From: Massalongia carnosa
Lineage: Eukaryota
DNA length: 64,000 bases
Direction of reading: 5' to 3'
Assembly: GCA_965645245.1 (NCBI GenBank)
Contig: OZ287073.1
Span: 248,001 to 312,000 of the forward strand
A program made the position numbers and the translations under genes. The notes beneath the pieces were generated by a model, which made no database searches, was not told where the DNA came from, and saw only the letters and a list, made by a program, of their open reading frames with translations. This document shows positions 39,641 to 50,944 of this stretch, piece after piece. The stretch's first letter is position 1. Each line of letters opens with the position of its first letter.

Positions 39641-40154
39641 TCGTGAACCTTTGAATATTGTCGAGAACTTTGGAATCAGCCAATCAGGAAACTTTTCTGA
39701 CTTTGGTAGACCTCTCTCTTTCTCTAGCGCCTTCGCTTTTCAATCTGCCATTCCACCAGGTATGGTGCCATCCGACTGGTCAGAATTCACTGGTCGAACT
39801 TTTACCGCTTTCCGCTTATACGCCGTGTCAACTCTCACCGTACTCCGCTTGCCGAACACTCTGTTTTTTGATTGATTGTATATATGTCGAATTTTCGAGA
39901 GAACCTTAGAGAGGAAAGTCCGACCGAGCCAATTGAACGCGACGGTGTAAAGGCGCGAATATAGTGATCCATCGCTGCCACTTCCGCACTAGTCGCTGAG
40001 GGAGTTAGGGCTATTTGATTTAACAGGCCGGGCCTGTTAAATGGAACGGAAGAACCACTTTCCGGAAGTCCCATCCTAACACTCGATACTTTCGCTCTCT
40101 CCAGGTTTTTACCACTACTACCAACCATGGACCTGTTCTGCACATGGTGGTTGG

Positions 40155-40862
40155 TCAGTTTAAATTCTCCTCTCGGCCCTCCGGAAACATGTCCTCTGCA
40201 GTACGATTTTTACTAGTTGAGTCAGAAGTTGCGGTGAATTTGGCAGCTCGGTTTCCCTCCTCCGCATGTATAGTACATTCCACCTCGTTATTCTGATAAT
40301 CCATATCGACACGCATCTGATGAAGGTAGGGTTGGCCCAACAATAATTGATGATCCGCAGCGTCGATGACAAATATGTGATTGAGCGACACTATTCCGCC
40401 AATATTAACCTCAACGTCCTCACATACACCTAGGAATTCTTTCCGGTCTCCAGTATGAGAAATAAGATTGATATTGGGATAGGGTCGCATAGCTAGGCCT
40501 TCACGCTTGGCCACGTTGTACGTCATCATATTCACTTCAGCGCCGGAGTCTAGGAGAGACTTATACCTGTTGCCATCGCCGATCTGCACTTTGGCCTTTG
40601 GTGTCGACCTCGTGTAGGCCCTGCGAAGTCGCGGGTCCCGAATGCCAATTGAACCAATTTTTACCGTTGGACCCTCTGCCTTTTCCGGTTCGGCATTCCG
40701 TGTCATCTTATTGACCACCGGTTTAAACATAGGCGTCATGGCCATCAGATTTCCATAGGTCAGTCCTCCAGCACCAGGCAAAGGTATTTGCAAACAACGA
40801 CTCTGTATTAGGTCCATGTTGAACTCATATTTCGCGATCCGTAGAAACTCTTCGGTGCCCAT
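40155..40862 (-). CDS. Gypsy-2 aspartic protease region
   Basis: LLDSGAEVN and LLLGQPYL retropepsin motifs. Confidence 0.85.
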   Translation of the reverse strand: MGTEEFLRIAKYEFNMDLIQSRCLQIPLPGAGGLTYGNLMAMTPMFKPVVNKMTRNAEPEKAEGPTVKIGSIGIRDPRLRRAYTRSTPKAKVQIGDGNRYKSLLDSGAEVNMMTYNVAKREGLAMRPYPNINLISHTGDRKEFLGVCEDVEVNIGGIVSLNHIFVIDAADHQLLLGQPYLHQMRVDMDYQNNEVECTIHAEEGNRAAKFTATSDSTSKNRTAEDMFPEGREENLN

Positions 40863-40867
40863 CTGTT

Positions 40868-42184
40868 CTATCGCAGACCGAACCTCCTTTCGGATGGGGC
40901 CTGTCGGAACCCCGGCCCCATGTTTCTTTCCTTTGCCGCCGCCGCTGCTGCTGCGGAGGCAGCTAGCTGGGCCGCCTCCGTCATGGTTACATCTTCTTCC
41001 AAAGGGTCGGCGAATGTATCACGAGGTTTAGTCGCATGAGATTTATCAGTTAAAATTGAGCTAGGTGGCCTTGATTGGTCAGAGTTGTCACTCCGACGTT
41101 CTACCGAGGCAGGAACCGGGTTCCAACTGCCATATCTGGGTGCTTTCGGTACTGCGAACTTGTCCTCGTGTTCAGCCCTGCGTTTCAGAATTCGCTTAGC
41201 TGGCTCCCTCCAGCTCTCCTCGACAGGCTTCTGTTGTTCCGTTCTAGCTGAATTGACAGAGGTGGTGTCGATGATGGTCACCTCAGGGTCCCATTCTTCA
41301 TCAGATGAATATTCGTCTGCGCTATCCTCGCCAATTCGAACTGAGTGGACATCAGCACTTTGGTCCGCATGACTGAATTGATTGGCCAGCATTTTTGCGC
41401 GCCTAATGGACTCCTTCTGTGTCACCCCGGGCACATGCCGAATGGGATTGGAATATGTGCCCATCGGTCCTAGACATAACAACCCTCGCTCATTCAGATG
41501 AATAACACCATTCCGCTGGTTGGCATCAAACTCCGGGCAGTTCCTCCGCCTATCATGGGTCTCCTTCTCTCCACAGTATGTGCAGGAATCCTCCCCTCCA
41601 TACTGACGGTCATTCGGTTTCTGGCCATCATAAGGTGCCTGTCTACCAGGTGACTGTGAACGGTTCCGAGTCTGCTGACTGTTCTGATTGGCTGGACGGG
41701 CCTGAGTTCCCGCCATCAGGACCAGCGCATCAAACCTTTCGGTTAAACCGGCAATAGCCTTCTCCGTGGACTTCGACAAACTAACGGTCGAACTGTCTGC
41801 AACTGGTGGGGTAAGTGAATTCATGATATTTTCATGACCATCCAGCACTATCTTCCTATCAAATTGATCGGCTAGGGCACTATATTTGTCAGTATCACTC
41901 TTCTCAGTCCGCATCACCTCTTTATATTTGAGCCTCGCCTCCACTAGTCCCAATGTCTTCTTCACCAATCCATCAAAGTCCTTCATCACATTATCGTCAA
42001 AATCAACACCTCGGCGGAAGAACAACTCCTCGCGTACGTCCTTGGGAAGGCCCTGTAGGAACCACTGATTGCGTGTATAAATATCTAGCTTTTCCTGACC
42101 AATTAGGACTTTGGATATGGCCCCGAACTTTCGGCACCGAGACGGAATTCGAGCTCCCTGATTGGTTCGGGTCAAATCGGCCAC
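40868..42184 (-). pseudogene. Gypsy-2 gag region (frameshifted)
   Basis: Zinc knuckle CTYCGEKETHDRRRNC; lies downstream of the PBS. Confidence 0.8.
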
Positions 42185-43543
42185 CTATCTCCCGCCTATC
42201 GGAATCGTGATGTCGCTATGTTAGACTCTCGACCGTCTCCACCGTGTCGCAGACTATTCGAGTCCGTCTCTTCCCCTATAATCAATTCCGCCCGTTCAGG
42301 TGAGGTCTGTTCGCATCGCCACCCTCTGTCAGGGTCAAATGGATGCCCCCGTTCTTTCTGTCTTCCTCCGGTCGCTGTATGTCGTTTTCCCACTATCTCT
42401 AGATCTCTGTACGCTGTCGCTGCTTCTAGATCGCTGTTTCCTGTCGCTATTTCCTGTCGCTGTCGCCTGTCGCTGTCGCTGTCGCTGTAAGTCTACTGTC
42501 TGTCTCACATGTCTATCTAGACTCGTCGTTTGATTCCTGCTCCCGGTCAAATAGAGATCGCACCGTGGTCGCCAAATGTGGAAGGATGAACTGGGTGGTG
42601 TGCGTGATCCACTACTGCTAGGAGTGCAAGAGAACAAACAAAAAAGAGAAGAACAGAACAATAGAATAAGAACAATAGCTAGACTGATCACTGTAAGCCT
42701 CGCGCCTCGTGCCTGATGCCTCCTGCCTGTGAACTGTATGTGTTGATGCTATGTGTTGTGTAGCTATTGCTACGAGCATGCTTGCTCTAAAAGGAAAAGA
42801 ACTATCTATAACTAAACTAAAGGAAAAACTGTCACCTGACTTCCCCGCTACCTTTACCGAGTATCAGCCGAAAAGAACCAACTCCAGAACCGCTAGCAAT
42901 TTGAATTTAGAGTATCACCGCTCCACCCCCCTACAGGGTGAATCCAGACAAATCCTGAAATTGAAACTACGCAGACCGCTTGCCTACGCAGACCGCTTTC
43001 CCCGACTAGAGGTGGTACACCTCGTATGGAGGCAGCTAAGCGTGGCCGACGATTAATTGATGCGATAGATTTAGTCACAAGGACTTGATAGGAGAGCTTA
43101 GGGTTCTGGTTCAGGATGATTGTTATCATGCGCGGACTGCTGCTTGAAAGATCATGACGGCAGGGAGATATTACAGGCGATGAATAGGACAGACTCACTG
43201 GATAACGCTATAATGTTTCTTCTTAGAAGCTGCGTAGATATGTTTCCTCTCAATAAATCGTGTATAACAATCTACGTAGAATAAGCATTAACTGAGCGAA
43301 GTCGATATCTCGCTCTTACTACTCTCTGTAAAACAGCTGAATTGGATCATCTTTCGGAATTTTATGTAATAATAACAGTACCAGACAAGATATTAAAATA
43401 GATAAAGTAGTCTAATAGAGTAGTTAACGATCTTTGCATGCATTATTTGTTTGATGACGTTCGAAAAATAGGTAGTTATTTCATTTGCGAATTTATTCAT
43501 TCAAAACTTCATTTGCTACTTCTATTAGAATTGCATCGAGTTA

Positions 43544-44550
43544 TGTTAAATGATGAAGCTATCATCGGTTAAGATGGTCATGTGACGAAGCGAGATAGTG
43601 AATAGATTTCTACCATTGCGCCACCTGTCCTCCAGACCAAAAGGCACAATACTTAGTCCACAGACCAAGCTCTATTTATTGTAATTGAAGCTCTGCAGGC
43701 ATAGTAAAAAGCTCACTTTTGAAACGATTGATCTTTCTATCTACCTATCTAAGGACCGTGTTTATATAGATAGAAAAACATGCCGAAAACCATTCTCCCT
43801 ATGACTCACCTTCCTGCTTCCTAGAAATCTAAGATTGGTGATTGACTCATATCCAATTTATGAATCGATGGGAATGTTCATAGAAGTTTTGCGGTGCTTC
43901 TCGAGGTCGTTATATGTTGCCTAATGTTCTTACCTACGCACTAATCCCAATGCGGTACCATGTGACTCTGAACACTTTACTAGGCATCAGCCGGGTGACT
44001 TTGCACATTACAACACTATTCTACTATAACTGGGACTCCTGCTATGTTCGCTATAGGTCCTGCCGTTCGCACCACGCTTGGTCGAACCGTTACAGGTCAG
44101 ACTATCACCAGTATAGGCTTCCATCGTGTTGAAATAGGTATATGACTATGGCTATATGGCTATGTAATAATAAAGGTATGTATGACCGTGATTTTAAGGA
44201 TGAAGAGTTGCTAGGCAGCAATCTTTTCCTATTACTGGTCACCCCCTTCTAAGCGAGGTGATCTTATCTTATCTTGGGACTAAGCCTAATGCGGCATCTA
44301 CGGTTTCCGTAGATGATCTGTCTATCTAGGGCAGCCGTAGGTGCTATATTCATCGTACTGATAGGTGTTCATTGTGCTGGTAGGAATTGGATATTCAATA
44401 TATCGTGAGTCCCACGGGTGCCTTACAGGTGGTTATTGGCGGCCTACAGTATCACTGCTGTCTGACTACTGGTAGATAGCCCACATAGATAATTATGTAT
44501 CATCAATGACAATCATGCTATTATCTACACGTGAATCATCATATTCATCA
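43544..44550. repeat. Nest of four solo LTRs
   Basis: A family-A LTR (43544-44550) contains inverted family B (43581-44094, TSD GGTCA), which contains inverted family C (43677-44015, TSD CTATT). It also contains family D (44127-44400, flanks CATCG/TATCG). Confidence 0.88.
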
Positions 44551-45125
44551 AGTATAACTCAATCGCTTGATTGCATGTATCTCGCATTGTCGGGGTTCAA
44601 AGCTCGGTCAATCATTCTACTATGGGATATAGTCAATAGGTTTTTGCATGTGCAAAACTTCTCTTTCGAACCAATCGCTCTAAGCCTACTATGTCGTCTA
44701 ATGATTTCAAAGTTCTTACAGTGTTTGTTGAACAGGACTGCTACTACTTTATTTGTTACTTTATTTCTATTAAAACGATCTATTCGCTGCCTATCTGCTG
44801 TTCATGTGATACTTCATTTATTTTTTAATATAGTACTCTTTTGCTGTTCTTGTAGCCTCTATGGTGATAAAATGTGAATAAAATTTCACTGTTGCACATG
44901 CAGATTGGTATCACTGACGGATTGGAAAAGGAACTTTTTCTTCACTGTCAGATAAATAGTAGTACATAAACTACTCCTTTCTGACTATAAAACCTTGTTA
45001 GCTTATATCTTTCAAATTGATATTTCTTGCTCCACTGTTTTCTGAATCTACTTTGATTCATTTCAGCTTAGATCCTCCATTGAAATAGCTACTACTCTTG
45101 TTTGATTTCTTTAGCTGTTGTCACA

Positions 45126-46720
45126 ATGGCGAATTAATCTATCCTACTCGCTCTTGGGTACGGGACTCATATCCCAGAGCGGTTTCAGAAATCTATAATA
45201 AGATTCAACAGGCTGTGCAAACATGTCGCCCCGATGAAATTGATAGATATGCAAAGGTTTGCGTTCTGGGCAAACATTGGTCCAATGACAATATAGGTGT
45301 CAAGCCTCTCACCTCCGAGCTCCTCAATGACGTCTTTCGCGACATTTACAGTTTTTCCACCGATGTATAAGAGATCGCTACAACGACACCAAATGGCACA
45401 CTCTACTCTCCAAGTGAGGTGAGATCTCGATTTACTCGAATCTTTCAAGCTTGAATCGCCAAAAGCGAGGGAGATGATAATCTTCTTATCGTTTATTACA
45501 GCGGACATGGAGAGGCTACCAAGCGCTATTCAGGAACTCAGTTCGATTGCTTTGAATGGACGTAAGTAGTGTTTTTTATTCATTTGTTCTTAGCTGAAAT
45601 GAAATAGTGGAGATCGAGGCGAAATTTATATCAACTGGTGGGCTCATCAGGCAAATCTTATGGATGCGCCTGGACACAAGCTACTTCTGCTAGATTGTTG
45701 CAACGCTGCGTCGGCCAGTATTGGTATCAGTGGAAGATTGGAAGTTCTAGCGGCGTCTGGGTTTGAAACCATCGCATCATCTGAGATTCCAAAAAGATTT
45801 ACAAAACATATGATCGATATATTGAAAGAAGCAAATGGAACTGCTGTTAACGTAAGCTCTATGTGCGCCCAGATGGTCGACAAAGCATTATGGACCAAAC
45901 TCGAAGCCACGCCTTGGCACGGCGCAGCTACTACTCAACCTCCAGTTACACTCAGAGCTTTTCACTCTACACGAGCCTCTCAGACTTATCAAACACAAGC
46001 AGCAAGCAGTGGTGTTGTAATGTGCAAAGTCACCCGGCTGATGCCTAGTAAAGTGTTCAGAGTCACATGGTACCGCATTGGGATTAGTGCGTTGGTAAGA
46101 ACATTAGGCAACACATAACGACCTCGAGAAGCACCGCAAAACTTCTATGAACATTCCCATCGAGTCATAAATTGGATATGAGTCAATCACCAATCTTAGA
46201 TTTCTAGGAAGCAGGAAGGTGAGTCATAGGGAGAACGGTTTTCGGCATGTTTTTCTATCTATATAAACACGGTCCTTAGATAGGTAGATGGAAAGATCAA
46301 TCGTTTCAAAAGTGAGCTTTTTACTATGCCAGCAGAGCTTCAATTACAATAAGTGGCAAAGTCCTGATATCCGTGACGCTGGTCGGCGTAGCAAAACTGC
46401 CGGATTATAAAGATTTGGTGAAATGGCTGTCGGAAAATATTCCATCAGATGTCGGATCTATCACCGTGGAAGGAGTTTTCGACGCAAATTTCACTGAATA
46501 TCTATTGACAGTGCCGATTGCGGTTTGGCTCAGCTTACCAGACAATGACTGCTTTCGGTTTGTAACGCACGTCAGATCGGGCAATAAATTATTAACTCTA
46601 AAAGCTGATGAGAAGACTGAATCCCTGCCCTTGGGACGAAAGGAGAACCTACCACCTGGCTTTTCGCGAGGGTCGGGATCTGAATCTAGTGCAGGTTTTG
46701 GCGGGCGAGTTGTAAAATAA
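45126..46720 (+). pseudogene. Caspase-like (clan CD fold) fungal protein gene, disrupted by a stop and a solo LTR
   Basis: RYAKVCVLGKHWSND…, LLIVYYSGHG (~45482-45511), LLLLDCCNAAS, EVLAASGFE. Reading resumes in frame after the LTR (QAASS/GKVLISVTL…LLTVPIAVWLSLP). Premature TAA at 45368-45370; probable intron from ~45562. Confidence 0.7.
46013..46351. repeat. Solo LTR (family C) inside the caspase-like gene
   Basis: TGTTG…CAATA; TSD AGTGG at 46008-46012 and 46352-46356; near-identical to the inverted copy 43677-44015. Confidence 0.92.
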
Positions 46721-46747
46721 GAAACAGCAGTTATAGATCAATAGAAA

Positions 46748-47236
46748 TGTCATGGAATTACCTCGCACCCTCCCACGTTTCCTGATCGCGTTAATATTTA
46801 ACAGGCTCTCTTGCCGTGAAACCTACCCTGCATGTTGAATGGAACCGTGGCCCGTTATTCCGAACTATCCTGAAACCTCACCCCATGTGTTCAGACGTTC
46901 TTCCGCTGCCTTCAATGCACTCCCAAACTCCTATATCCCGAATCCAATCTCAACGTCTCCACTATCCAAGCCTACGAGTGGGATTGCCCAGCAGAGAGAG
47001 ATTGCTGCGGCATGGAGAAAGGCGGAACAGGTCAAAGCGATCATGGTTAGGAAATTAGAACAGGAATAGAGATAAGGGCAAGTCAAGAATAGGGGAGTTG
47101 GAAGCCATGGCTATAAAACCTATGTGGTTTCTCATGTGTTTGGAGCTCTTCGTCGGACGTCTTGTATACTATCCCTAGACCTAGCTTTCTAATAGTAACT
47201 CTTGCATATCTCCCTATCTGGACTTTGTCCGTGACA
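46748..47236. repeat. Solo LTR (family E)
   Basis: TGTCA…TGACA; TSD AGAAA; near-identical to 5042-5530. Confidence 0.92.
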
Positions 47237-47359
47237 AGAAAAGAGCTCTTAGAAATGATATAGATTTATTTGTAATTATAAAAGAATTTGTTTATGATTT
47301 ATTAAAGAATAATATATTAGAATTTCGATTTTTATCAATCGGTAGTCGGTTTAAAGTTA

Positions 47360-49953
47360 GGGTTCGGATACGGGGACACCGGGTAGGATGCATGTACACC
47401 GGGCACTTGATGCATGTACACCGGGCACTTGATACATATACACCCTCTTCCCAAAAAGGTAAAGGGCCGGCACATTTCGCACCACTTTACCTTTCTTGGT
47501 TAGCAGATGAAAAATCAGATGAGATCTTGAAATTTTCAATTGATGCATCATCTTTCTCAATCATTCTCAAATTATGCCTCTGGCTCCTCCTCACGATGAC
47601 CAGGTTTTTTCCACCTTGGAAGAACTCATTCTCAGCGTCAATACTCACGCCGGCTCAGAAGGATACGCGGTGGTCACAGCTAGATCAAAGAAATCAGATC
47701 TTGGCATCAAGAGAAAAGTCTGGTTGCGCTGCGACAGGGGAGGTAGCAATCGAATACCTCGAGGCAGAGATAGACGTCATACTAATACTCGAATCATCGA
47801 TTGTCAGTTCAAGGTCACGGCGGTGCGAAACAGAGTGGATGGAACCTGGTTATTGGAAGTAATCAACCCATTCCATAATCATGAAGCTACAATTGCTGGA
47901 TCGCATCCAACGTTACGCAAAATGGCTATGACTGAAGAGATTAAGAACGACATCTCTAGACAATTGACCGTGCAAACAGCTCCTTCTAAGATTCTCTCCA
48001 CCCTTCGTATTGACACCGATAACAACAATCCGTTATTCAAGCCTCGAGATATCTACAACATCAAGGCACAGCTGAGACGAGATACTCTAGGTCCTTTAAC
48101 CCCGGTTCAGGCATTGATGCAGGAACTTGATCAAAACGACTGGACGTACAACTATCAGAAAGACATTCGCAATCAGATCACCCACTTATTCTTCGTGAGA
48201 GGAACATCCCAAACTCTACTGAAGGTCAATCATGAAGTTCTGGTCATGGATTGCACCTACAAAACCAACAGATATAAACTTCCGTTGCTGATCATCAGCG
48301 GGCAAACGGCCCTACATACTAATTTCTATGTCGCGTTTTGCTTCATGGCAAAGGAGAAGCAGGTGGATTATGAGTGGACATTGGGACAATTGAAGTCGTT
48401 GTATGCGCAGTTGCAAATTCCAGATCCGGTGGTTGTTGTTACCGATATGGAGCGTGGGTTGATGAATGCCGTGCGATTGATCTTTCCCAATACGAATCAT
48501 CTGCTCTGTCTTTGGCATATCAACAAGAATGTGACGGCAAATTGCAAGAAGGACTTCAATACCAAAGAAGAATGGGATGACTTCATATCCGCCTGGACTT
48601 CTGTTGTATACGCCGCTTCCAGAGTTGATTACGAGTCGGCGTGGCAGGGAATGAATGACACCTACTATCTAACGCATGGAGAATGTTTGGATTATCTGCG
48701 AGAAACGTACATCATGTCCTTTCATCGTCGCTTCGTGAAATTTCAAACCGATCAGGTGTTACATTTCGGAACCACAACTACTTCTAGAGGTGAGGGGGGG
48801 CACGCAGCTCTTAAACGTCATCTCGGAGTATCAACAGGTAATGAGTACAACCCTAAGAAACATTCAATACTGACTGAGCTGTAGGAGATTTGAAAACAGT
48901 TGTAGATGGCATCAACCTACTTCTAATCAACGAGCGACAAAATTACATGATAGCCTTTGACGAAGCGAAGATGCGATACCCTATGGATCTTCGAAAACCA
49001 GTTTTCAATCGCATCGCGGCGTTCGTAACCCCATACGCATTGAGAAGAATGGATGATCAATACAGACTGTTGACGGACCAAGCAACGGCAGTCAATCGTT
49101 GCACTGGAAGCTTTACAACTACTACCGGATTACCATGCAGTCACAAAATGCAGGAACGTTCATTCGGACCTGAGGGATGTCTGATTTTGGAAGATGTCCA
49201 TCCTCATTGGAGGTTTGAAAGATCTTCCTTACCTGATCCAATCAATGATCCAACTCTCGATCCGCTACTTCAGGTGGAAGAACCAGCAGTTGTCCAACCT
49301 CGAGGACGTCCTGCAGGGGCGGAGAATCGTAGACAAGCATTGGACAACTCCACCTATCGGAATCCATCTCAATTCGAAATCGTTGAAGGTGAAATAGCAG
49401 AGCAACATGGGAATGAACTGCCAGCGGATATCGAACGAGTTCTGGCAAGAGCCGAGGCTACACCAGCGGGACGCGGGCGCGGGCGCGGGCGCGAGCGACG
49501 ACGAGATGAAGGTGAGGTGGCAGGCACTCGTGCCTCATCCAGGCCTGCGACTCAAGCAGCAACTAGGGCGGGCAGGGCGGGCAGGGCGCGCAGGGCGGGC
49601 AGGGCGGACAGGGCGGACAAGGCGAAAAAGGTCGGCGAGGCGGGCAGGGGGGGCAGGGGGGGCAGGGGAAGAAGGGGTAGGACTGACGAGGCAATTACGA
49701 CCGAGTAGCTAGAAGATATCATCTTATCAATCTTGATGAGATGCAACAGATCAATGCTAAAAACTTCATTGCCGCATAGTTTTCAAATCACCATCTGATT
49801 TTTCATCTACTAACCAAGAAAGGTAAAGTGGTGCGAAATGTGCCGGCCCTTTACCTTTTTGGGAAGAGGGTGTATATGTATCAAGTGCCCGGTGTACATG
49901 CATCAAGTGCCCGGTGTACATGCATCCTACCCGGTGTCCCCGTATCCGAACCC
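47360..49953 (+). mobile_element. Mutator-like (MULE) DNA transposon, apparently intact
   Basis: ~160-bp near-perfect TIRs (47360-~47521, ~49792-49953); 8-bp TSD TAAAGTTA at 47352-47359 and 49954-49961. Confidence 0.96.
47574..49708 (+). CDS. MULE transposase (FAR1-like N-terminus, DDE core), one intron at 48838-48884
   Basis: MDCTYKTNRY, VTDMERGL, LCLWHINKN, TSRGEGGH, CxxxFTTTTGLPCSH. A 47-nt GT…ACTGAC…AG intron joins ORFs 47574-48884 and 48890-49708 in frame (STG/DLK). Confidence 0.93.
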
Positions 49954-49970
49954 TAAAGTTATTAATTTTA

Positions 49971-50585
49971 TGTCACGGAATCGCTTCGCACCCTCCCGCT
50001 TGTCCTGATCGGGTTAGTATTTAACAGGGCCCATTGCTGTGAAACCTCACCCATCATGCTCAGGCGTTCTTCTGCCGCCCTCAGCGCACTATCAATCTCC
50101 TACAATCCGTACCCAATCTCAACGTCTCCACTATCCAGGCTTATGACTGAGAGTGCTTCAGCACAGATAAAGGCGGGATAGGTCAAAGCAATCATGTTAA
50201 GGAAATTAGTATAGGAACAGAGATGGGGCAAGTCGAGAATAGGAGAGTTGAAAGCCATGGCTATAAAGTCTATGTGGTTTCCCAGGTGTTTAGAGCTCCT
50301 CATCGGACGTCTTGTGTATTATTCTCAACTTCTGGTTTTAGCATATCTAGATATCCGTTCTGCAAGATAGAGTCTTGTATCTCTCTGTAACGGTTCGACC
50401 AAGCGTGGTGCGGACGGCAGGACCTACAACGAACATAGCAGGAGTCCCAGTTTTAGTAGAATAGAGCTTGGTCTGCGGACTAAGTATTGTGCCTTTTGGT
50501 CGGGAAGGACAGGTGGCGCAATGATAGAAATCTATTCACTATCTCGCTTCGTCACACTCTCCATGTCAGGCAGCTTGCCCTGATA
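49971..50585. repeat. Diverged family-E solo LTR containing a family-B solo LTR (50386-50556)
   Basis: Homologous to 46748-47236; inner LTR has TSD CTCTC. Confidence 0.85.
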
Positions 50586-50944
50586 TTATTCAGTAGCTAT
50601 GAACTAGAATTGTCAGCCAGTTTAGTGGTCATGCAGTAAGCGATATGTAGCTCGGATACGGTAATCTATTAACCGAATCCCAACATTTGAGTAACTGAGA
50701 GAATAGGTGCAAAATCCTTTCAATGCAAGCAATCATCACGTCAATACAAGTGTCTAAAACGTAAATCATTCTTCAATCACCAAGAGCTTAAATCAATAAA
50801 TCAAGCTCAATAGTTATGAGCCCGGAAGCACATCCATCGTTTTAGAAGAAAGTACCAACCTGCATTTTGCAACTTGCATCTTACCTTGTAAGTTTACATC
50901 ATCTTGCATCAAATAACCATCAAGTCATCAAATCAAAAATCAAT

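Larger units (their letters stand above)
35295..42935 (-). mobile_element. Ty3/Gypsy LTR retrotransposon (Gypsy-2), no recognisable chromodomain, with extra 3' ORF
   Basis: LTRs at 35295-35651 and 42577-42935; minus-strand PBS TGGCGACCACGG after the 5' LTR; PPT AAAGAGAGAGGGGAA; flanks TACAC/GGGTG do not match. Confidence 0.94.
31389..43053. mobile_element. TIR-bounded composite element (116-bp TIRs, TA TSD) enclosing a LINE and a Gypsy
   Basis: 31389-31504 and 42938-43053 are reverse complements with few mismatches. TA on both sides; removing the unit restores the host frame ATC CTA ATT GAT. Confidence 0.88.
30650..43088 (+). pseudogene. Divergent EF-1alpha/eRF3/HBS1-like GTPase-domain pseudogene, split by the 31389-43053 insertion
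   Basis: IKVIGRTDVGKATLIGQLMY (G1-like), FQTRRFSFSFIN, DYTMCIIDA, IKKLIVLVNK (G4-like), ISITALLGDNIIEPSDNLSWF. Continues across the insertion as GLRILIDAIDLV (cf. EF-1alpha GKTLLEAIDAI). Confidence 0.7.

Noticed and set aside
42410..42490. (CTGTCG)n repeat giving QRQR-rich ORFs
   Set aside because: A simple repeat in the Gypsy-2 leader; the ORFs run into the LTR and are probably spurious.
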